A stretch of 64,000 bases of DNA, taken from the NCBI GenBank assembly GCA_964016885.1, contig OZ024740.1, positions 298,654,001 to 298,718,000 of the forward strand, written 5' to 3'. Each line of letters opens with the position of its first letter. The stretch's first letter is position 1. Source of the DNA: Eledone cirrhosa (Eukaryota). Of the stretch, positions 54,244-64,000 are shown piece after piece. The notes under the pieces are model-generated. The model searched no databases. It was not told the origin of the DNA and saw only the letters and a list, made by a program, of their open reading frames with translations. The position numbers and the translations under genes are program-made.

Positions 54244-55531
54244 CAGGGTGCGGACAATATTTGTTCGCAAGATTACTGTCTAGGAAAAAAACTCTTATTT
54301 TTTAAGATATATTTATCAAACTTGGGTCAGTTTGTCTTCATGACTTGTTCTTTCGATCTCACTCGGTAAACCCGCCATTGGCTTTGATGACGGCCTCGGA
54401 ACCGGCTACAGGCCTTCGTCACTGTCCTCTCGACTTAGGCCCCTAAAAGCACTTGTGATCCTGGCCTTCAGATCGTCTTTCGTATTGCAGCTAGATCTGT
54501 TGGTGTCTCGTTCCACTGCGCCCCACACAAAGAAGTCGAAGGGGTTGCAGTCAGGCGAGCTGGGAGGCCAGATGTCAGGGGAAGTGTGGTCGATGAAGTT
54601 CTCTGACAGCCAGGCTTGGGTCTTTCGGCTGGTATGGCAGGGCGCTGAGTCTTGTTGCCACACGTACGGCCTACCTGCAGCTACCTGGTCGATCCAGGGC
54701 TTTACTACCTTGCTCAGAACGCAGATGTAGCCATTGGTGTTCAGCTTGAGGCCCTCAGGGAAGAAGTGAGGTGGCATAACATCACCTTGACTGCTGACGA
54801 CACCTAAGACCAATGTTCTCGTTGGAAACTTTGTCTGCATGACTCTGGGCACGTCTTTGGATGAGACAGCGAGCCACCTGTTGTTCTGGGAGTTGATCTT
54901 CTGGTCTTGGCAGAAGTTTTTCTCATCGGAGAAAAGCCACAGCAAGCCTGGCTCCAGTGGGTGTTTCAACTTGTTGATCAGCTTCTTTGCGTGCTTCAGT
55001 CACTTTTCTTGCATCGCCTTTGACAGAAATTGTCCTTTCCTCATCTTGTATGAAATGTAGCGAATGTCTTCATGTACCACCAGCCTAATGAGCTTTTCAT
55101 CCATGCCTTTCTCCCTTGCAATGGCACGCATCGACTTGCTAGGTTCATTGTTGATGATATCCTGAACTTCAGCGATGAACTTGGGCGTTCTGAAGGCGTC
55201 AGATCGTCGATCATGTGTTTTCCTCTGTGATGTTGCTTCGTAGTCGAATCCTGAATCTTCCAATTCCTTTCTGACCTTTTCCACCATTCCCCTGCTGACG
55301 CTGAGAAAGTCTGAAATTTCCTAATTTGTCCTCCCGGCGTGGATTCCAAGAAGAACTCTGTGTCTCTTCCACAAATTTGGAGGTTCAAAATTATTCATAA
55401 TCAATTATTCTGAAAATAAATAATGCAAATATAGTCACTGTTTTTATGAAGACAAGAGTGACAACGGAAGTAAAAAAAATTTGCATAAAATTAGCAGTTG
55501 AAAATTGCGAACAAATATCGTCCACATCCTG
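54244..55531 (-). mobile_element. IS630-Tc1-mariner DNA transposon, DD37D (maT) family; TIR-to-TIR but ORF disrupted
   Basis: 27-bp TIRs CAGGGTGCGGACAATATTTGTTCGCAA / TTGCGAACAAATATCGTCCACATCCTG; catalytic FSDEK, QQDSAP, then 37 aa to NPFD; HTH-like SMRAIAREKG; in-frame stop near 55000. Confidence 0.92.
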
Positions 55532-55965
55532 TCATCATCATCATCATCATCATCAAGGTTTAGCGTCCGTGTTCCATGCTTGCATGGGTTTGGATGGGGG
55601 TTTTCCCACTTGAGGCAAGAGTGGTTGTCTTGCTCGCATAGGACTGTCTGGCGGGTTTTCTACAGCTGGATGCCCTTCCTAACACCAACCACATTTACAG
55701 TGTGGGGCTGGGAGGTTTTTACCGTGTTGCCTACACGGCCACATTACAGCGTGGACTGTCTGGCGGGTTTTCTACAGCTGGATGCCCTTCCTAACACCAA
55801 CCACATTTACAGTGTGGGGCTGGGAGGTTTTTACCGTGTTGCCTACAGCGTGGACTGTGTGTTTTTTTGTCGTGACACCTACACGATCTCATTTGTTTCG
55901 GCCTTATTTATCATCATCATCATCATCATTACGTCCACTTTTTCCCTGCTTGCAAGGGTGGGACT
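55532..55965 (-). mobile_element. RTE-tail elements with an internal tandem duplication of about 110 bp
   Basis: GGACTGTCTGGCGGGTTTTCTACAGCTGGATGCCCTTCC occurs twice; (CAT)n tails. Confidence 0.75.
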
Positions 55966-56059
55966 AATATATATGCAAATATATATGCAAATAGTTGTGA
56001 TACGTAAATTGAAAAGTAAATTGACAATATCTTTTTCTTCTTCACCCACTTATTTCTGA

Positions 56060-56445
56060 GAGGGGCATGGGGAAAGTCCTCAAACACAGCTTCCAGCACG
56101 TCCTGTCAGAAGCAAACATCTCTAACCAGTCTGGCTGGATCCCCAAGCGTGACCAGTCAAGCTCATGGATGTTATCTAACCATTTGCTCATGTTCTACCC
56201 CTGGGTCTCTTGCTGGTTGATTTTGGCTGTAAAATCTGTCCTAGGTTTCTTACCTGAGACATTCTAACCACATACCCATAGTATCGTAGCTGTGATCTCT
56301 GAATTTGGAGAAGTAGTGGTTCTACCTGGAGTGACTCTCTAATCTCTGAGCTACACACTTTATCAGATAACGTTACTCCAAAGACCTTTCGGAGTAACCC
56401 CATTTTGGCTGCTTGTATTCGCAATTGTATTCTTTTGGTCATTAC
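56060..56445 (-). mobile_element. RTE-like LINE 3' fragment (second family)
   Basis: RIQAAKMGLLRKVFGVTLSDKV..LQVEPLL..RSQLRYYGYVVRM..KRPRGR. Confidence 0.8.
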
Positions 56446-58959
56446 TGACTACCTCATACTACTCCTATCTCTTTACGTCTTTCATGTAGGCAGCAGACAT
56501 AAACAGAGAGGAGTAGTATGAGGTAATCAAACTACTCCTATTTCTTTACGTATTGTGACAGAATCGCTTTGTAAATATATGTTTGTGTGAATGTATATTT
56601 GTGTTTGTGTTAATGTATGTGTGTGTTTGTGTGAATGTATGTCTGTGAGTGTGTATTTTTGTAAGTGTGTCTGTGTTTGCATGTTTATATTTATATACTC
56701 ATACATATATATGTATGTATATGCACACACATATACACATACATGTCAGTGAGTGGAAAAAATCCTCTCCTCATCTTTCTCTTTCTCTTTTTCTCTCTCT
56801 ACATATATAAATATCTGTCACTTAGTCAATCTATCTATCTGTATATCTCCCTTCATATATACAATCTCTCTCTCTCTCTTTCTTGCTCTGTCTGTATATA
56901 TGGTAGTTGAAGTGGTGGTGGTGGTGGTGGTGGTGGTGGTTGTAGTTGAGGGTAATACTAATTTGATAAAATCAAAGAACAACAATAGTTATAATGCACA
57001 ATAATTTTCATTATTTGGCAGTATCGGTAGAGGGCCGGACGCCATGCTTTGACGCATAGAGTTACGGCCCTTGCCATTCTGAGTTCAAATCCCGCCGAGG
57101 TTAACTTTACCTTTCATCCTTACGGGGTCGATAAAATAAAGTACCAGTAATACACTGAGTATTTGCTGGCCTTGTGCCAAAAGTAGAAACAATTATAATA
57201 TGGATATTATAATAAAAAATAACATTTATTTTATTTCCTAATAGTACCGTAGTGTATACATTGTCAAAATGTTCTGTTGTATTTAAAAAACACCTGACCA
57301 CTAACATAAATCAACTGCATTTCTGAGATAAAGAAAGAAAACCAAATATATGTAATATAACAACTTGTGAGTGTGTTTAAGATACCTAACATGACACCTC
57401 CTCAATTTGTTTCACTTTCAACTGACTGTCTTAGATCATGACTTTGTTAAGCAAGTACAATGCTGAAACAGATACATATAAATATCATCATCATCATCAC
57501 CATTTTACGTCTGTTCTTCCACGCTAGCATGGGTTAGACGGGTTGTCCTGTTGCGGGCAGTGTCCGGTAGGCTGACCTTGTCTTGCTCATACAGGAACCG
57601 ATTCTGGCTTGATTTCTACAGCTGGATGCCTCAGTAACACCAACCTCATTTTCAGTGAGTGCTGGGTGCTTTTTTTCCGTGACACCTCCACAACCACTTT
57701 ACACTGGAACGATAGGGACCCCAGTCCTATCATCTCATTTCTACAGCTGAGTAAACTGGAGCAATGTGAAATAAAGTGTCTTGCTCAAGGAAACAGCACA
57801 TCACCCGGTCCGAGAATTGAACTCACAACCTTTCAATTGCAAGCCTAATGCTCTAACTACTAAGCCATGTGCCAAATATATATATGCATATAATTCTGTG
57901 TGTGTGTACCTCCCGCATCTTAAAACCCCACCACTCATTCACAACCCTATACTCCCACCCTTCATCTGATAAGTGCCCCATCACAAAAAGCAGCCAGTCC
58001 ACACTGCAAAGTGGTCATGTAGGTGACAAAACAAAAAGCGCTTAGTCTACACTGTAAATGTGGTTGGCATGAGGAAAGGCATGTAGCCATATAGTGTAGT
58101 ACCTCACTATTATCTTTGGTAAGGTGAGAGAAGCTCTATGCTTATACAGCCCTTGGTTCATCATGTGTTTAAAATGGTCGATAGAGTTATCGAAAATTAA
58201 ATATCTTGTTAAGGATAGTTAAAATAACAGAGCATTAATATTCAATATTACAAAAAAGTAAATGTTACCAATTTACACTCTTTCCTTTATTTCTACATCT
58301 GTTTCAATATGGTCATAATGGTACATGTATTTGCAGAACAACTGGAAACTATTAGTTATCAATTAACTACACCATACATATTACCTATAACTCACATATC
58401 CTCAGGAAATTATAAAGAATAAAATGAGGTTTACTAAGTTCACGAGGTTTCAATAATAAATACAGTATCAAAACAGTTAGCTTAGAGCAAGTAATTAACT
58501 TCAAAAAGCATATTATGTAGATAGAATTTTTTCACCATGCAAGACTATAGGTTGAGTTACAATTTACAATGTTATTGGTTACTTTTCTTTATAGTTAGTG
58601 ATATCTGTTGCGTGACATTACAGGAGTGGAAACTTATTTAATAGACGGTAGTAAGTGGGTTTAAGTATTATTTATTTATTTAGAATGTTATTATTTTTCT
58701 TTATATAGATTGACTAAAGTTTGTTATTAAAGTTGCAGGAAGTGTTCTTAAGAAGCAGTATTAGGCACAGAGAGGGGTTTAGTGTTTTATGCTGAGATAT
58801 AATGTATAAAAACGAAAAATAATGTATAAAGGAATATGTAAAGTATATGCAGCATATGTGGAATTACTGTATTTATCAGTCTAGTTCAGTTTATATATAT
58901 GTCCCACTCTTGCAAGCAGGGAAAGGCAAGCGTAAAATGATGATGATGATGATATGATC

Positions 58960-59380
58960 GCTTGCCAGATTCAGATGTGTGATGCTTGGATATGGCTTAT
59001 TAAGCCTACTAGAGACTTTCCTTTGCACATTGACGGCAACTATGGATCTCCTTGGCCTTAGGTCTTGCATGAGGTTGCCTGTGAACCATCACACTACAAT
59101 GGAGATCATAGTTCACTGGTTCTCTTTGTACATGGCTGCGACTGTGGCTCCTGAGACCAGGTTTGCTCAAGCAAATCTTTCGACACTCAGGGCACACCAA
59201 TTCAATGGAAACACCGATTGTTTCGAGGGATACACCAGGGCATTGCTTACGCACATCCTGTTTGATCTTCTCATGCTCTATGCATTTGTCCTCAAAATTA
59301 TGGACCCCATCATTCACCATTCCACACCAAGTTTCTCTTTCAAGAGCTTTTATCTCCCAGTCAGCCACCATCAGACCAGT
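58960..59380 (-). mobile_element. RTE/BovB-like LINE C-terminus with C2H2 zinc finger(s)
   Basis: WEIKALERETW..GVHNFE..CPECRKICLSKPGLRSHSRSH, then a second CRQC. Confidence 0.75.
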
Positions 59381-60142
59381 TTATATATATATATACACAC
59401 ACACACACATTCAGTATGTAACAGGTAAATTGGGACTATTTAAATATCTTTATTATTATTGGTATAACTTGGAAAAATCACACACACCCACACACCACTG
59501 TTCCTCATTTAGCAACCACCACAATTAATGACCACTCACTTACACTTACAAACACTTGCTTTTGTGTAGAGATATTTTTTACATACTTTTTAAATTTCTT
59601 TCATGTTAGGTATTTTTGTTTCTTCTTTATCCAACAAATACTTAAACACATATTTTGTTTTGTAAAAGATTTGCAAAATAAAACAAATGTACATTTATTA
59701 CAGTCACTAAGGTAGTGTTCCATTAGACTTTAACAAATATATTTATTCAGATAATCTAATTAACTCTTAAAATCCTATACAAAATGAGACCGCATTAGCA
59801 AACCATTCTTACAAAGTACAAAGCAGCACTTTGATTGCAAAGGATTAAAAATTAACGATTTTATCTCAATACTGTAAATTTTCACAATGATTTATTCATT
59901 GGTAAAATTACTACAAACATTTGAATTGACAAACCAATTTTTAGATTTTTTTCTGCTAAATCATTAAGTAAGTTTCCATACCCTCATAGACACTACCACT
60001 CATCAATATTGAAAGATATTTTATGACCAGGTAGTTGAAAAAGAATCTGGTTAAGTGAGTAATTAGTTCTCTGTCAAATTTGCTTTACAATTTGGCCACT
60101 AGGTCAGTGGCATGGAACCTGGTCAATAAGTGAGGAGTTGTG

Positions 60143-60184
<42 letters not shown>

Positions 60185-60677
60185 ATATATAAAGCACCCA
60201 ACCCACACTGTGAAATGGTCATGTAAGTGTCACGACAAAAAGCACCCAGCACATACTGTAAATGGGGCTCGTGTTAGGAAGAGCATCCAGCCATAGAAAC
60301 CAAGCCAGAAACAGTTCAGTATGAGCAAGACACAGTCATCTGATCCAACTTGCCCCACATGGGACAACCCGTCTAACCCATGCTAACATAGAAAATAGAT
60401 GTTAAATGATGATGATACAGCCCATACTGTAAAGTGGAAGTGCTGGTGCCCCAATAAGAAGCATCCAGTTTGCTCTATCAGATGACAGTGGTGGGGCAAT
60501 GGTAAAATGTACCTGGTACACACCCAGTAATGATTGGTTAGGAAGGGTATCCTTCATGGCAAGAATGGAACGTATGAACAAAACAGTCATCTGACTTGTC
60601 TAGTCTCAGAACATGATAGCCCATCTAACTGATGCAAGCATGGAAAGTAGATGTAAACTAGTGATGATATATATATA

Positions 60678-60869
60678 CAATGTGAGTCCTGGGTTCAGTT
60701 GGGAGTAACCGCAGTTAGTAAGGTACTCAATACATTAGTAGAATGTAAACATCAAGTTTAATATAGAAATGGCTTCTACAGGACTAGAACTGTTTCATTC
60801 AAAAGAAATCATGATATATTTTTATTTAAACAGTTTTAATCCTGTAGAAGCCATTTCTATATTAAACTT
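60678..60869 (-). mobile_element. Palindromic Penelope-like element with half hammerhead
   Basis: Inverted repeat 60754-60795 / 60828-60869; minus strand reads GAAA-CAG-ttctagtc-CTG-TA; tail motif ATTGAGTACC. Confidence 0.65.
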
Positions 60870-61200
60870 TCATCATCATCATCATCATCATCATCATACG
60901 TCCGCTTTTCCCTGTTTGCAAGGGTGGGACGGGAACTGATTCTGGCTTGATTTCTACAGCTGGATGCCCTTCCTAACACCAACCTCATTTACAGTGAGTG
61001 CTGGGTGCTTTTTTGCCCTCGCACCTCCACGACCACTTTGCAGTGGAATGATAGGGACCCCAGTCCCTATCATCTCATTTCTACAGCTGAGTAAACTGGA
61101 GCAATGTGAAATAAAGTGTCTTGCTCAAGGAAACAACACATCACCTGGTCTGAGAATTGAACTCACAACCTTTCGAATGCAAGCCTAATGCTCTAACCAC

Positions 61201-61256
<56 letters not shown>

Positions 61257-61839
61257 GTGTGCCCCCAAAATATGTATACTCACTTTGATTACCTGTACAG
61301 CTAATATCTATTAGAATGCTGTTGAAGTGGGTATACATTTTTGGGGGACACCCTGTATATGTAAATGTGGTGTGTTTCTCTCTCTCTCTGTGTGTTTGAG
61401 ATATAAAATTACTCCGCTTTTATTTTTGTAAGTTTAAAGTGTGACCTATGCCTATTAACACATTGTACATTTATCAAAAGCAATTTACAAAATAAACTTG
61501 CATATTTCTAATTACTCACTTTTATGCAACTACCTTTCATTAAAAGGAATTATTTTCACACGACAGAATATCTTCCTCATTAGGGTGAATAATAAGATGT
61601 TAATGGGCTTAAAATTAGGTCTTTGATCTCTTCCATGTCTGTATCACAGAGATTGGCTTAATATGTTATCTTGATAGAAATTTTAATGTTTGCTTTAATG
61701 TAACATCTAATCCTTTGTTGGCTATTGTATGGGGGCAAAGAAAAGCAAAAATGATGGATAATTGTTATAATGACAGTGATAATGGTGCTGGAACTACTAC
61801 TAATAATAGTTACAATAATAATGATGCTAGTTACAGTTT

Positions 61840-61997
61840 GTTGATGATGATGATAATGATGATAACGATGATGATGACAATGATGATGATAAGAAAAATG
61901 ACAATAATAAAAATAGGAAAAAGGTTAATGGATTCTATTTCAAATACAAAGATATGCCTGAAGTATTTTCTTGGTTAGGAATATATTTTTTTTTTAC

Positions 61998-62040
<43 letters not shown>

Positions 62041-62310
62041 GCATCACCATCAACCTCACCAGCACCATCTCCAGCTCCATTATTATTGTTGTGATTATTG
62101 ACATCCACCTTACCTCTTTTCTTATGATGATAATGATGATCATAATCAGCATTACTGTCATTATCATCATCATTATATTCTTACCATTGCCATTTAATAG
62201 TCAACTGCAATGCTATCACCATCATCTCTGTCACACTGCAATCATCGATGACATCATCATCATTCTCAGCGTTATAATCATATTCATCACCACCATTATC
62301 ATCATCAAAC
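61840..62310. repeat. (GAT)n/(CAT)n low-complexity region
   Basis: Directly visible. Confidence 0.85.
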
Positions 62311-64000
62311 AACTCTATTGAATATTGTAGTAGTGTCTAGGTTTTGAATCTCTGTTATCTATGATCTCTACGTTAACATAGTTGACACACATATGTACAT
62401 ACATAAATGCACATACATTCATATACATGCATACACATATATACAGAACTCTTGAGAATAACCAACAAAATCAAAGGCCATCTAGATAACTAAATATTGA
62501 ATACTCAGTGAGGAATGATGATGGTCATCATCGTCATTTTTACATCTGCTTTCCCATACTTGCATGGGTTGGATGGGTCCTTCTCAGCATGGCTTCTTTC
62601 CACACAACGTGATTCTTTGTCATTACCTCTGTGAGTCTCAGTGTTTTGAAGTTCTCTCTCACAACTTCTGCCCGAGTCTTTCTTGGTCTGCCTCTACCAC
62701 GGCCTCCTTCCACTGACATTTCCTGGCATTTCTTCACCCAACGATCATTGTCCATGCACATCACATGCTATAGAATTTTATTCACACAATTGCATTGAGA
62801 AGAGGCTTATTAGTTTTCAGTATTGGAGTTGTTTGTGAAGTCTAACTTAGACATCCATATTTCAGTAGGTAGTGTTGTTTCTCCCCATGTAAATTGTGAT
62901 CAGACAGAACTAGGATCAAAGGCAGTCCAGACACTTGCTTAACCCTTTCATTACTGTATTTCTAATGAATTATACAGCCTATGTATTTCATTTAATTTTC
63001 AAAACAACCAAACATTTAGAGGAATATAAAATAACTAAACTTTTCTTTAGTTAGCTGACATTATTTGCGAAAAATTTCTTAAATGAAATTACGATGACCA
63101 CATTTCTAATGAAATACACTCTATTTCAATTAGTTAATGAAGTATTTTGAAGGATTTACTAAAATTATCAATTATTTCATTACTAAGATAGTAATTTAAT
63201 GTAAGGATCTGATATAAAGTTATGTTAGAAAATTTAAATTTAAATTGGAAACCTTTAAAATGGGTGATTTTATTTCATAGAATCAGGGCCGGGTTGGCAA
63301 CTACAGGGTTAATGTAAGTATAAACATTTTAAAATGAGCAGTTTCAAGCAACTTGGTGTCAAAAGGGGTCCTGGACATGTAATGATTGTTAAGGGATGCA
63401 CACCATCAGATTTCAGGCATACAAAAAAAGTATAATCTACTTTATACTTATAAACTTCCTAAAGATCTGAATATACTTCATTTTCTTATTAGTTTTAAGT
63501 ATGACTATCTGTATGTATCTTAGTTTTAAGAATAGGTACACCATAATCCCTGAATATTGCAAGAGGTGAATAAAAGAATTGGTGTCAAGAAGGGCATCTG
63601 GCTATAAAACACTGCTTCAAAAATCTTGTTCAGCTCATAAAATCATGGAAAAGTTAACATAAACTGATGATGTTGATAATAACTAGATTTTCTTGAGAAA
63701 CCCTTCTTCTAAATGACGCAAGTCCAATGTCTGGCATATAAGCAATTGTTGTATTCCCAAAAGAGTGTATTATACAACCTCAGAACAGAGTGAACGATGT
63801 ATGTTATATCTGAGGTGGTTGACACATGTTGCAGACTGAGCTAATAAATTCTGAGGTATTAGAATTATCCCATGCTGACATTTCATAGATAATAAGCTTG
63901 ATAATGATATTTCAAATATAAAGATTCCATCATAGACAAAGCAGTTTTCATTTGTCAAAACTATAATATTCTAGACTGTTAACGGAAACTTTAGATTATA

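Overview
AT-rich, repeat-dense animal genomic DNA. The repeat content (RTE LINEs with (GAT)n tails, tRNA-derived SINEs, long (TA)n/(CA)n tracts) suggests an invertebrate, probably a cephalopod (inference). The only host coding sequence I can support is one 103-nt internal exon of PNPT1 (mitochondrial polynucleotide phosphorylase) at 52461-52563 (+), so most of the window is probably intron. The rest holds several RTE-clade LINE families (one with a PHD finger inside the RT), four CRE-clade RLE retrotransposon fragments, two Gypsy remnants, a CR1/Jockey-like remnant, a DD37D (maT) transposon, mariner/pogo/piggyBac-type MITEs, several SINE families and many micro/minisatellites. The most interesting signal is a set of about eight short, divergent, Penelope-like elements built around hammerhead ribozyme motifs. 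One has a complete type I hammerhead fold with a single core mutation (30859-30945) and one has a more decayed complete fold. Five are palindromes keeping only the GAAA-stem III-GUH half. Six share the motif ATYRAGYRCY about 44 nt from their 3' end. Family assignments rest on motif recognition by eye; no database searches were run.
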